This document shows, piece by piece, positions 11,153 through 21,534 of a stretch of DNA of 64,000 bases. The stretch covers positions 26,210 through 90,209 of the forward strand of contig DAIDJN010000029.1 in assembly GCA_027451365.1 (NCBI GenBank). The letters run 5' to 3'. Source of the DNA: Phycisphaerales bacterium. GTDB lineage: Bacteria; Planctomycetota; Phycisphaerae; WQYP01. Position 1 is the first letter of the stretch; each line of letters opens with the position of its first letter. The notes under the pieces were generated by a model. That model had not been told where the DNA came from and did not search any database. It saw nothing but the letters and a program-made list of their open reading frames with translations. A program made the position numbers and the translations under genes.

Positions 11153-11458
11153 TTTCAGCGTTCTCCATTTCTGCAAGAGTCGGCGCGTGACCCTCGGATA
11201 ATAGCGTGTCCGGTTGTGGCATCGCAACTGTGGAACTATGGTTCAGCGGCTCGAGTGGCCACTTTTGTCCAGATTCCAAAATATGGAGGGTTTGGCTGTT
11301 GGCGAGCCTCTAGGCAACGCCCGCATCCCCTTGGCCGACAACAGTATTTGGGCTGAAAATCAAAATGCGGTTCTGGGTTCAATGTTCCGAATTCCGTTAA
11401 AGCGCACCCGTCTCCTATGGAATGCGCAAGCGTATGGAAGGGTACGCGACTCTGCGTA

Positions 11459-12598
11459 TTACTGTGCCGCCCCGACCACCGCATACTGACCATTGGCAAT
11501 CTGAATCAGTCGCTTAAGGGATATATTCGGCAACGGCAGCGTGAAATGAATCGTGGGCATGTTGTCGGCCTTAAATAAAAAGCGGTGGCCGTTAATGGTA
11601 ATCATGCGCGGTTTAATATTGGCCGGATTGCCCAGGCTACGTTTAAGGCTCACGGAAATGACCGATTCATGTCGGCCCGTGGCAATCCTCAGATGTTCAC
11701 TGGTGTAGGGAAACGCTTTAAGTTCCAGTACCGTGACGGTGGCCAGCCCTTTGCCGTAGACGCGGGCCAGCGCGTTTTCCAACACTGGAATGTCCCGCAC
11801 ATAAAGCGTCCCGGGACCGGTCGACCGCAAGTCCGCCGTGCCGATGATATTTCCTGTCAGGTCCACATTCACCGCGGCATGCAACGACGCCTGCCCGGTA
11901 ATGGTGAAATGTTTTGGGGAAAGAAGCGCAAATAAATACCGCTGCTGGAGGTTCCCGATTGTCAGCCGCACGTTGGCGCTGCGCGCCGCGGAAAAATATT
12001 GTCCCTGGGCCGCAACCTCGGCACGATGCCATTTGGCCGTGAAAGATCGCACTTTGATAGCCCGTCTGGAAACACTCAGCAGCGCTGTTCCTTTTGCCAG
12101 CTTCTGGTTCCAGAGAGTCAGTGCCGCAAAAGATGTCGTCACTGACGGCCAGAGCGTTACGGATACGTGCGCCGGACCGGTGAAGCGGTGAACTGTTCCG
12201 GTGAGTTGCCAGCTATCACATTTTATTTTTGATTTGCCGTGTGCCGGCCACCAAATGGTTTTGGCGCCGGCAATGACAGTTCCGTCACACTTTCGAATGA
12301 CTTTGCCGGCGCGGGAATTCGCGTATTGAAGCCGACCTGTAAATGATATGCGGCCACTGGTAATTCCAAGCCGATGGCCAGCGATGACGATGCCGTGAAA
12401 TACGGTGGAATTGCCGGTCGCCGTCGATGCCGCCAGTGCCGGCATTGGCCCCGTCATCACCGCCCGGCAGAAGGCCAGAATTGCCAGCATGGTACACGGA
12501 TAAAGTTGCCCGCGAAATTGTCGCGTGCCAGGCCGGAGCGGCCCGCAGCCCTGGCTTATGGGGTGGTCGGCGGATGATGAAAAGTTCTGGTACTTCAT
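11459..12598 (-). CDS. Exported beta-rich protein, YdbH/AsmA-like
   Basis: Hydrophobic N-terminus and beta-strand-rich body. The C-terminal GPGTL...LELKAFPYTS resembles the YdbH C-terminal motif. Start uncertain. Confidence 0.45.
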   Translation of the reverse strand: MKYQNFSSSADHPISQGCGPLRPGTRQFRGQLYPCTMLAILAFCRAVMTGPMPALAASTATGNSTVFHGIVIAGHRLGITSGRISFTGRLQYANSRAGKVIRKCDGTVIAGAKTIWWPAHGKSKIKCDSWQLTGTVHRFTGPAHVSVTLWPSVTTSFAALTLWNQKLAKGTALLSVSRRAIKVRSFTAKWHRAEVAAQGQYFSAARSANVRLTIGNLQQRYLFALLSPKHFTITGQASLHAAVNVDLTGNIIGTADLRSTGPGTLYVRDIPVLENALARVYGKGLATVTVLELKAFPYTSEHLRIATGRHESVISVSLKRSLGNPANIKPRMITINGHRFLFKADNMPTIHFTLPLPNISLKRLIQIANGQYAVVGAAQ

Positions 12599-12831
12599 CG
12601 TACGGGCATAATACCACGTTTGGTGTCCGCAACGCTGATTTCTCCAATAAAACGTGGCCGTCCCGGCCGGCTGGCAGGGACTTGTGCAGCCCATCGCGTC
12701 CGCCGCGCGGTGGTTTTATTTTATACCAGTCAGCGGAATAATCTCTCCGAATGCAATAGCACCAACCTGGCCAGCGTTATGTAATTCCCAAAAAGCGGAC
12801 AAGGTGTTTTGAAAATTTAAGGAAACGACTT

Positions 12832-15759
12832 ATGAAAAGACGCGATTTTATCAAACTGGGACTTGGCACCGTCGCGGCGGCTTCGCTTACCGGGTGTTCA
12901 CTTAAGGCACAATCCTCCATAGCCGACCAGGATGCCGCTTTTGAATTAGGCGGACCTTCATCGGCGATGCCAGTGGCAATTCTGCCGCGCCGCTGCGAAT
13001 CACTGGATTTTGACTGGCGTTTTCTGCCGTTGCCCGTAGCTTCTTCACTTCACGATTTGGTAAAGATACAAAAATGGCACTGGAAACGCGGCACGCCCGC
13101 AGATGCCCAGCAGATGACCGCACCGGATATCAACATGTCCGGTGACGGATGGCATGAGGCCACCACAGAAAATGCCCAGATGAATTTCGTCGGCGATGCC
13201 TGGTTTCGCACAGTTCTGCCCCCCTTGGATCATTCGCACCGGACGGTCCGCTTTACGCATGTGGATGATAACGGGGTTATTTATCTTAATGGTGTCCGGC
13301 TGATGAGGCACCAGGGGTGGGAAGATTCTTTCGATGTGCCCCTGGATTCCGCCTGGTCCGACACCGGACCGAATGTTCTGGCCGTACTGGTGAACAACAC
13401 ATCCGGTCCGGGCGGCATTTACGGGCCGGTGAGCTTCGGCTGGTCAACGGGGTCGGATACTTATGCCGGACCGAAGGTAGATGACGCCACCTGGCAGCGC
13501 GTGCAACTGCCGCATGATTACATCGTGGAAGGAACTTATTCCGCGAAGGCGGACACAGGCCATGGATCACTGCCGGTATTTCCCGCGTGGTATCGTCGGC
13601 AACTTCACATTTCCGCGGAGGATAAAGGAAAAAGTCTGTTCCTTTATTTTGAAGGCGTCTATCGTAACGCGCAAGTTTATATGAACGGTCAATTGATATC
13701 GCGCCATCCGGGCGGGTACACATCATTTCATGTGGATATCAGTTATGCCGTTCATTATGGCGCGGATAACACGCTGGCCGTTTATGTGGATCCTCGCGAT
13801 TTTGAGGGCTGGTGGTATGAGGGCGGCGGCATTTATCGCCATGTCTGGCTGAATGTCGTGGACAAGGTGCATGTTGCGCCCTGGGGCGCGTATGTGACCA
13901 GTCACGTAAAAAATGTTACGAGCAATCCCTCCGCCGATCTTACCATTGAAACCACCATTGCCAATCGCCATGTGCAGGCCCGCACGTGTACCCTGAGGTC
14001 CGCGGTGATGGATGCGGATGGTAAAATCGTGGGCAGTCAAAGCAGCAAGATGGTTGTGGAATCCACTCTGGCATCAATCCCGGATAATCCCACGGATACT
14101 ATTCTAAATTCCGATTCCATAGACCGGCCGAGTTATCTGCATGCGGGTACAAAAATAGTGCAGCAAATGATGCTAAACTCGGTGAACCTCTGGTCTCTGG
14201 AAAACCGCTATCGGTACCAGTTGCTGTCTGAAGTGCTGGTTGATGGTGAAGTGGTGGACCGGCATGTTCAAAAATTTGGCATCCGAACGATTCGCTTCAA
14301 CGCACAGGACGGTTTTTTTCTGAATGACATGCCCGTAAAACTGCAGGGCGTCTGTAATCATCAGGATTTTGCCGGTGTGGGTATCGGAATTCCCGACAGC
14401 CTTTTTTATTACCGCATGAAACAACTCAAGGAAAAGCTCGGCTGCAATGCGATCCGCTGTTCGCATAACCCCATGTCGCCGGCCATGTATGAAGCCTGCG
14501 ACGATCTTGGATTGCTGGTGATGGACGAAAACCGGCATCCAGGCAGCACTGTGGCGACAAAATCCTGGGTGGGGCAGCCGTACAGCAACACCTGGCATTT
14601 GGAGAATATGGTTCTGCGTGACCGCAATCATCCATCTGTGATAATGTGGTCCATGTGGAATGAAGAATGGGGTATACAAAACGATGTCTATGGCCACAAA
14701 ATGGCCAAGGCCCTGATGCAGGCGATTCATAAGCACGATACCACGCGGCCAATTTCCTGCGCCAATAATTCCGGTACGGGAAACGGTTGGATGATCGGTG
14801 TGGGTTCTGCTGAAGATTTGCTGGGTGTGAATTACAATTATCAGGATTATGACTGGCTGCATAAACAATTTCCGGATAAGCCGATTTTTGGCAGTGAAAC
14901 CGGTAGCAATTGCGAATGCCGGGGAATTTACCATACTGACAACGTCACCGCCCATTTGACCAGCTATATGTCGCCAGAGGGTGCCTGGCGACCCTTGGGT
15001 CGCCGAAAATTTGTGGCGGGCGGATTCGTCTGGACCGGGTTTGATTACCGCGGCGAAACCAACCCGTTCGGTTGGCCGGAAATTAATTCAAATTTCGGTC
15101 TTCTGGATATGTGCGGCTTCCCCAAAGATGACGCCTTTTACTATAAGGCCTGGTGGGATCGCCAGACCCCTATGGTGCACATTTTTCCGCATTGGAACTG
15201 GCCCGGTAAAGAAGGAAAGAATATCCCCGTCTGGTGTTTCAGTAATTGTGACCTGGTGGAATTGTTTTTGAATGGCAAAAGTCTTGGCCGTCAGACCATG
15301 CCGGAATTCGGTCACCTGCAATGGAATAAGATCGCATATCAGCCAGGAAAACTTGAAGCCCACGGGTACCGTAACGGTCGGTTGGAATCCCGAACTGTTG
15401 TGGAAACCACTGGTGCCCCGGCGGCGCTGCGCGTCAGTACCGGCCGAAAGCAGTTGATCGCTGACGGTCAGGATACCGCGGCGGTTGCCGTTGAAGTGGT
15501 CGATGGTCTGGGCCGAGTGGTTCCGACCGCGGGGAACAAAGTGCATTTTTCAGTCAGCGGTCCGGGCCGAAACGCCGGCGTGGGCAACGGGGATCCAAGC
15601 TGTCATGAGCCGAATCAGGCAACCTTTCGCAGTTCTTTTGCGGGGTTATGCATGGTATTGGTTCAGGCGGGGCGATCAAAGGGAAATATTCTACTGACGG
15701 CCAAATCAGATGGCTTGGTCCCGGCACAATTAGTGCTTCCCGTTATCAGCGGGCTTTAG
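12832..15759 (+). CDS. GH2 glycoside hydrolase (beta-galactosidase-like) with Tat/lipoprotein signal
   Basis: MKRRDFIK...LTGC signal, FEGVY, GGGIYRHVWL, NAIRCSHNP, RDRNHPSVIMWSMWNEE, FVWTGFDYRGE, and a C-terminal Ig-like GVGNGDP domain. Confidence 0.93.
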   Translation: MKRRDFIKLGLGTVAAASLTGCSLKAQSSIADQDAAFELGGPSSAMPVAILPRRCESLDFDWRFLPLPVASSLHDLVKIQKWHWKRGTPADAQQMTAPDINMSGDGWHEATTENAQMNFVGDAWFRTVLPPLDHSHRTVRFTHVDDNGVIYLNGVRLMRHQGWEDSFDVPLDSAWSDTGPNVLAVLVNNTSGPGGIYGPVSFGWSTGSDTYAGPKVDDATWQRVQLPHDYIVEGTYSAKADTGHGSLPVFPAWYRRQLHISAEDKGKSLFLYFEGVYRNAQVYMNGQLISRHPGGYTSFHVDISYAVHYGADNTLAVYVDPRDFEGWWYEGGGIYRHVWLNVVDKVHVAPWGAYVTSHVKNVTSNPSADLTIETTIANRHVQARTCTLRSAVMDADGKIVGSQSSKMVVESTLASIPDNPTDTILNSDSIDRPSYLHAGTKIVQQMMLNSVNLWSLENRYRYQLLSEVLVDGEVVDRHVQKFGIRTIRFNAQDGFFLNDMPVKLQGVCNHQDFAGVGIGIPDSLFYYRMKQLKEKLGCNAIRCSHNPMSPAMYEACDDLGLLVMDENRHPGSTVATKSWVGQPYSNTWHLENMVLRDRNHPSVIMWSMWNEEWGIQNDVYGHKMAKALMQAIHKHDTTRPISCANNSGTGNGWMIGVGSAEDLLGVNYNYQDYDWLHKQFPDKPIFGSETGSNCECRGIYHTDNVTAHLTSYMSPEGAWRPLGRRKFVAGGFVWTGFDYRGETNPFGWPEINSNFGLLDMCGFPKDDAFYYKAWWDRQTPMVHIFPHWNWPGKEGKNIPVWCFSNCDLVELFLNGKSLGRQTMPEFGHLQWNKIAYQPGKLEAHGYRNGRLESRTVVETTGAPAALRVSTGRKQLIADGQDTAAVAVEVVDGLGRVVPTAGNKVHFSVSGPGRNAGVGNGDPSCHEPNQATFRSSFAGLCMVLVQAGRSKGNILLTAKSDGLVPAQLVLPVISGL

Positions 15760-16051
15760 GCGGTTGGGGGTTTTGGATGGCTGCCCAAATATAATTGCCC
15801 GACCCGCGGGGGCGCGGGTGGGGTGGGCTGGATTCCAGCCGGGTAAATCATCAATGGTTCGCATGCTTACTGTCCAGCGGTGTTTCTTCAGAGCGCCGCA
15901 CAAGGCGAAAACTCGGCAAAAATCGGGCTGGCCTTGATGCACTATCGATTTTTATCGAACACCAACTGATAATTTCAGTCGCCTGAATGCTGCGTGAAGT
16001 GTTTTATGCGCAAGGGTCCCTTAATAAGCGGCCAAGGCGGCATTTTCTCAT

Positions 16052-16090
16052 TGCGCTTTTGTATATATATTTTGCGCATTATTATACTGG
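16052..16090 (+). promoter_or_regulatory. Putative operator/promoter TGCGC-N16-TGCGC-N5-TATACT
   Basis: The same architecture occurs on the minus strand at 21399-21437, upstream of the GH127/146 gene. Confidence 0.55.
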
Positions 16091-16318
16091 TATTCCTTAT
16101 CTTTTAGAGCTATAGTTAATTCGTGTCGCGGTTCGCTGCAGTTCAAAATGCACTTTTCTAACGGATCGCACAGCCGGTTTTGGCGGTCAATATCCCAATG
16201 GTTTGTCCATTAGGGAGGGCTGGATTTGAGCCGCTTTGGTTATTTGAGAGGTTTGGCAATGTCATTAGCCGCCACAGACAGTGCTGAATTTTCCGTTCCG
16301 AATGGTCAGGAGACTGAT

Positions 16319-17233
16319 ATGAAAATCCAAGTAAAGAGGCTCGGTGGATTCACATTAGTGGAGTTGCTTGTCGTGATCGCGATTATCGCGGTTCTTATCG
16401 CATTGCTGCTGCCGGCCTTGGCGGCGGCGAAAGCGGCGGCGAACCGGACGGTTTGCGCTGCCAACTTGCATGACGATGGCCAGGCGCTGGCTGTTTATGC
16501 CGCCAGCTATCGCAGTTCCTTTCCTTATGTCTACACCCGCAACGGTTCCAATGGAACGTTGAACTATAATGAAAACGGCGGGGCGTGGCTTTGGGACTTG
16601 AATTTTGGAACACGAAATGCAATGGTTCAAAGTGGCGCGGCCATGGGAACCATGTACTGTCCGTCAAGTCCGGAAATTTACACCATTACACCCGCTACAA
16701 TGTGGGGCGGGTTCCCGGCGGGTACAGTGGTAGCCCAGCCGGCAACTGCTAATACTGATCCGCAGGAAATTGGATCCGGCCTGCAATGCTGCGAGACCAC
16801 CTATTCGTGGCTGTTTGTTCATGGACCAACAAATTCGCTGCCCCTGCAAACCCAGTTTTATCAATGGAACGGTACGGGGCGCTGGATTGGGCAGGGCCCA
16901 CCCCCAGGCTACCAATCGCGTATGGACCAGCCTGTCGGATTTGACAGTGGCTATTCGCCAGCAGCGATTCCCATAATTGCCGATGGCATCGTTTATGATC
17001 AGGCCAACAACACGTTCACCAACGTTTCCGGTTACTACCAGGGCCTTAGTTCCAACCATCTGAATCAGGCCGGTCAACCGGAAGGTGGCAACGAATGCTA
17101 CATGGATGGCCATGTCGCTTGGGTGCCGATGGGGAGCCCGACGCTTATTGCAAATTTACGGGCATCCGGAGATATGAAACTTCGAGTGCAGATGGGTGGT
17201 TCCTATCTGTCGTCACCCTATTTCATATGGTAA
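16319..17233 (+). CDS. Prepilin-type N-terminal cleavage/methylation protein (DUF1559/H-X9-DG-like)
   Basis: G^[33 protein letters not shown] and a C-terminal H...[11 protein letters not shown] motif. Confidence 0.9.
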   Translation: MKIQVKRLGGFTLVELLVVIAIIAVLIALLLPALAAAKAAANRTVCAANLHDDGQALAVYAASYRSSFPYVYTRNGSNGTLNYNENGGAWLWDLNFGTRNAMVQSGAAMGTMYCPSSPEIYTITPATMWGGFPAGTVVAQPATANTDPQEIGSGLQCCETTYSWLFVHGPTNSLPLQTQFYQWNGTGRWIGQGPPPGYQSRMDQPVGFDSGYSPAAIPIIADGIVYDQANNTFTNVSGYYQGLSSNHLNQAGQPEGGNECYMDGHVAWVPMGSPTLIANLRASGDMKLRVQMGGSYLSSPYFIW

Positions 17234-17442
17234 GAGATGTCTTGGAAGGATTGATACTTAAACGTCGATAGACATCACTTAAACCTGAGAATTGCTCTGA
17301 AAGGAGGCGGTAAAAAGGGAGATCAAAAATGCATGGTGCGCCACCATCCGGCTGGCGAGCATGCCGCGTACAACAAATAAGGTATGTTCTTTATTTGTGT
17401 TCTCATTTAACAGTTCAACTTTTTATTTGAAGGAGTTTACTT

Positions 17443-18423
17443 ATGAGTGGAAATAACAGCAGAAAAAGCGGAATAACCAGCTTGATGGGGTTGGGCCTGA
17501 CGGCAGGTTGCTTTATGGGTGTCATGGGGTTGTCGCAAGCGGCTCAGGCCACATTGATCCATGAATACAGCTTTAACGCCGGTTCTACCAGCAGTGGCAC
17601 CTATACCACGCCGGATTCCATTGGCGGTGCCAGCTATGCGGCGACGATCATGGGGTCAGCCGCCATTAGCTCCGGTCAGGTAGACCTGACCAATGCGTCC
17701 AGTTCCGGCCAGGCCGGTAATGAGTACGTTAGCGTACCGCTTTCCGCCCTGCCACCATCTTCTTCAAGCCTCACATTCGAGGAATGGTTCACGACCGGAA
17801 CCAATGGCGCCCATACTCAAAACTTGTCCTTGAACAGTGACACGGTCGGTACCGTTACCGATGCAATTACAGCTGGTGCCGGCGCAACCGCAGAAAGCTA
17901 TTTCTTTATCACCCAGGATAACGGCAACTATGGGTCTCGCACAGGCATGTCTCCGGGTGGATATACCAATGAAAAAGTTGGTGTTAATTCACTGGGGACG
18001 GGAAGCGCCGCAAACGCCGACTATTTAAGTAAGCTGGTCAACGGCAGCGCCGTGCAGCATATGGTTACGACGGTCATCGACAACACCTCAACCGTCGCGG
18101 ATCCATATGGAACGATCACCTATTATGTCGACGGCGTTCTTCAGGGAACGTCGGCCCAGACATCAGCTGATAACTGGTCGACTCTGGAATCCACATTCAC
18201 GAACATGTGGCTCGGGCGCTCGGCATTTTCGGGTGACCCAATGTTCAATGGATCAATTAATGAGTTCCGCATTTACAACAATGCGCTCAGCAGTTCGCAA
18301 GTGTCTGCGGATGCCGCCGCAGGCCCCAATACGGTCCTGACGCCTGAACCTGCCTCACTGGCGTTGTTTGGCGTCGCCGGAGCCAGCCTGCTGTTGATTC
18401 GCCGGCGCCGCGCCGCGGTCTGA
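17443..18423 (+). CDS. LamG-like jelly-roll protein with PEP-CTERM sorting signal
   Basis: Signal peptide, LIHEYSF, LTFEEWF, FNGSINEFRIYNNALS, and C-terminal TPEPASLALFG..LLLIRRRR. SD AAGGAG. Confidence 0.9.
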   Translation: MSGNNSRKSGITSLMGLGLTAGCFMGVMGLSQAAQATLIHEYSFNAGSTSSGTYTTPDSIGGASYAATIMGSAAISSGQVDLTNASSSGQAGNEYVSVPLSALPPSSSSLTFEEWFTTGTNGAHTQNLSLNSDTVGTVTDAITAGAGATAESYFFITQDNGNYGSRTGMSPGGYTNEKVGVNSLGTGSAANADYLSKLVNGSAVQHMVTTVIDNTSTVADPYGTITYYVDGVLQGTSAQTSADNWSTLESTFTNMWLGRSAFSGDPMFNGSINEFRIYNNALSSSQVSADAAAGPNTVLTPEPASLALFGVAGASLLLIRRRRAAV

Positions 18424-18456
18424 AAGCCGATCCGCAGCAAGTAAATCAAACCTCCC

Positions 18457-18510
18457 AAAAAAAATGGGGCGGTTGGACGAAACAGTTTCGTCCCCGCCCC
18501 TTTTTTATTT
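18457..18510. terminator. Probable bidirectional intrinsic terminator
   Basis: A-run, then a GGGGCGG-GGACGAAAC/GTTTCGTCC-CCGCCCC hairpin, then a T-run. It lies between convergent genes. Confidence 0.85.
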
Positions 18511-18730
18511 TGCGAGCTTCCGCGGTATGGGCATTTTGTTTTTAAATGGGCTGCGTGGCCTTCAACAAATCACGGTATGCCCGTATTGCGACCGGCCGGT
18601 TGGTTGTCCAAATAATCCCCCACTGAAACAACGCGAGCGGACAGAAACGCCGGAAAATAAGACCGCGTCCAAATCCGGCGTTCACGGTTTCGCGTGACGC
18701 AATGCAATCTCATTAAACTCCACAATTATC

Positions 18731-21214
18731 CTATCTTTTAACCACCCGGCATCCGAACAGTCCGCCAGCAATGTTCCCGGCATGTGCCGTCAGCCGGACA
18801 ATTATTTTGCTTTTGCCCTTCGTGAGCCTGTCGGGTATGGGATAGGTTATTCGTTTGATATGACCCGGATTAAGTGATTCCAGCGATTGCGTTGCAATCT
18901 TCTTTCCGTCCACCAGAATATCAAACGTGCGGGCACCTGAATCACTACCCCACCACGCGCACATCAATGCCATCGGCGTATCAGGCAGAACCTTCATGGT
19001 AAATGTAAATCCGCCTCCGCTGTTGCCGGCGATCCAGCCACGTTGCACGGTGGATATAGCCAGTGTTCCCCGGGCAAAATGTAATTCATCGCGCAGCTTG
19101 TGTGCCGCCAGCGATGCATCGCTTCCCGTATCCAGGTGATCCACGGTAATGGCGTCAAGCTTTTTTTCTTCTGCCGCATGAGTCTGACGCTGCTGCCTTA
19201 TTTTTTTCCATTCCGCCGGCGTAATTGTGTCAAAGTAGACCACATACCGCTCATGGGCAACCTGATAAAAGGGAACCAGCTTTACGTCCTTCGGTCGTCC
19301 GACACCGCTGGTGTGCCAGACCAGCGGTTCGGTCGCGTCGGGCTTTATCCAGTCATCCACCGCGAGGTTTTGCCGATTTTGCGTCAGCAAAATGGGCACG
19401 TTGACCGGGTCGGGCACATTGGCCCATTCATATTGATCGCCATTGGCATACGGAATCGGCTTTTTCATCAGCGCGTCGCCAAGTACGCCGGCCAGCACAA
19501 TAGGGCCGGCCAGAATCGCGACTTTTTCGGGATGGTGTTTCATCGGCTCTATGCGAAGCGGTGTTTGCAATTGAAGTTCCAGCGTGTCACCATTGGCCCA
19601 TGTCCGGCTGATGTCTACATAACTGCCCGGTTTTCCCGTCGCCAGCACTTTGTGATTAAGTTTTACCGACATGGACGGAGTGGACCAGTAAGGGTGGCGC
19701 AATTTGATCGTTGCCTTTATCGGAGCGCTACAGGCCACGGTTATGCGAACCGAATTTTCCTGCGGAAACCGGGTTGTCTGTGTAAGCGTCAGGCCTTTGG
19801 CTTTCCAGTTCAGGATTGATCCGATAAACAAATTAATCCAAAGCGTATCGGCATTGTGGTAATAAATGCCGCGGGCGTATTTGCTGTGGTTTTCCATGCC
19901 GGTTCCCACGCAGCACCAGAAGGAATCCCATGGCGTGGAAAAGGTCTTAAAATGCCCCGCCTGCATGGACATGTAATAGGTCATCATGCCGGTGGCCGGG
20001 TCCTGCGATCCAAGGATATGATTAAACAGGCCGCGTTCAAAAAAGTCGGCTGATTCCATATCCGCATTCCAGCAGAAATAGTGATTGGTCAATTTCAATA
20101 TGTTATACGTGCAGCAGCTTTCAGCCGTACCGGCGGTAAGTTGCTGGTACGCATCGCCCAGAGGAAAAAAGAATTCACGATTGGAATTTCCACCAAATGC
20201 GAAGGTGCGGTGTCGCGCCACGTTCCGCCAGAAAAATTCAGAACCGGCGCGGTATTTCTGTTTGCCCGTCAGTTCGTATTGCCTGGCAATGCCAATGACG
20301 CGCGGGATATACTGGTTGGAGTGGCAGCCGGTAAGAATATCATGACCGCGCATAAGCGGGTCCAGCTGCGCCTTCTGATTGAATTTTTCCGCCAGTTCCA
20401 GGTCCGCCTTGTTGCCGGTGATGCTGTATACATCCGCCAGCACTTCATTCATGCCGCCCTGCTCACTGATCAGCATTAGCTGCATCTGGTCCGCGGTGAA
20501 TCGGTCGCCAAATTGCCGCGTCCAATCTGTCATACCCAGCAAAATGGTTTTGGCTTCCGTGCGTCCGGTTTGCAGGTAAACATCGCGCAGACCCGCCATA
20601 ATTTTGTGAATGCAGTACCACGGCGACCACATGCCATCCAGACCAAATGAAAACAGAGCCTTGGGATTTCCCGGATCGATTTGGCCGGCGAGTACCCGCT
20701 TAAACGCGGCCTTGCTGCCGGGCATACCTGCACAATAGCCGCGGAATTGCGGGTCTGATTTCCCATTCGCTTTCTGACAGGCTGTCATGCGCGGCAAAAG
20801 TGAGTCAATTTTTGCGAGCAGGCGGGAATCCCGCGTGTGGGCAAACATCATAGCGGCGGAAGAAAGATAATGTCCCGTAATATGGCTTGCTAAACCGGTA
20901 TTTTCCCATCCACCATAGTTGTTGGCTCGCGGCTTAATGCCGGCCACCTTCTCAAACGGTGCCAGCAGCCGGTTGCAATCAAAAGACAGAAGATAATCCA
21001 AATCGCGCTGCTGGTTATCCTTAAAAGGACCGGGGCCGATGGTTACATCCGCCAGATCAAATTCGTAAGCCTTAAGCGGCGAAGTTCCCGATTCGACAAG
21101 TCCCTGCTGCGGCCCCTGCGAAACAATTGCCTCCGCCTGATGTGTGGCCGCCGCTGCCGCCGCCAGTGTGCCGGCGGCCAGAACATCGCGTCGTGTAACT
21201 GAATGACTAGCCAT
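18731..21214 (-). CDS. Beta-L-arabinofuranosidase-like glycoside hydrolase (GH127/GH146), Tat signal
   Basis: TRRDVL Tat motif, YGGWE, GHYLS, EQGGMNEV, HSNQYIP, ESCCTYN and FWCCVGTG (the Cys-dependent active-site motifs). Confidence 0.9.
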   Translation of the reverse strand: MASHSVTRRDVLAAGTLAAAAAATHQAEAIVSQGPQQGLVESGTSPLKAYEFDLADVTIGPGPFKDNQQRDLDYLLSFDCNRLLAPFEKVAGIKPRANNYGGWENTGLASHITGHYLSSAAMMFAHTRDSRLLAKIDSLLPRMTACQKANGKSDPQFRGYCAGMPGSKAAFKRVLAGQIDPGNPKALFSFGLDGMWSPWYCIHKIMAGLRDVYLQTGRTEAKTILLGMTDWTRQFGDRFTADQMQLMLISEQGGMNEVLADVYSITGNKADLELAEKFNQKAQLDPLMRGHDILTGCHSNQYIPRVIGIARQYELTGKQKYRAGSEFFWRNVARHRTFAFGGNSNREFFFPLGDAYQQLTAGTAESCCTYNILKLTNHYFCWNADMESADFFERGLFNHILGSQDPATGMMTYYMSMQAGHFKTFSTPWDSFWCCVGTGMENHSKYARGIYYHNADTLWINLFIGSILNWKAKGLTLTQTTRFPQENSVRITVACSAPIKATIKLRHPYWSTPSMSVKLNHKVLATGKPGSYVDISRTWANGDTLELQLQTPLRIEPMKHHPEKVAILAGPIVLAGVLGDALMKKPIPYANGDQYEWANVPDPVNVPILLTQNRQNLAVDDWIKPDATEPLVWHTSGVGRPKDVKLVPFYQVAHERYVVYFDTITPAEWKKIRQQRQTHAAEEKKLDAITVDHLDTGSDASLAAHKLRDELHFARGTLAISTVQRGWIAGNSGGGFTFTMKVLPDTPMALMCAWWGSDSGARTFDILVDGKKIATQSLESLNPGHIKRITYPIPDRLTKGKSKIIVRLTAHAGNIAGGLFGCRVVKR

Positions 21215-21398
21215 GATGTGGGTCTCCAAAAGCGGCCGGTCAGCTACAACGCTCCGCCCGCGGAACGATTGCACCATTGGAATAACATATCGGCAGGAAA
21301 ATGGGAGCCGCCGAATTTCGGGCGTATGGTATATCCTGGCCAATTTGCTTTTATCGCCGGGCCACTAGCACAAATGATAACCTTCCAAGTTCGGCGGG

Positions 21399-21437
21399 CC
21401 TATATAATTCAGCGCAAAAATCATATAAAGTTGCGCA
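21399..21437 (-). promoter_or_regulatory. Putative operator/promoter TGCGC-N16-TGCGC-N5-TATATA
   Basis: The minus strand reads TGCGC AACTTTATATGATTTT TGCGC TGAAT TATATAGG, matching the layout of 16052-16090. Confidence 0.55.
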
Positions 21438-21534
21438 GCCGTCTGTTGTGCGGGGAACCGGGCCGACCATCGGATTTAACTGCTTTTGCAAGACACACTG
21501 CCCGCTGGCAGGCCGGAAATAGAAGATACTGCAT

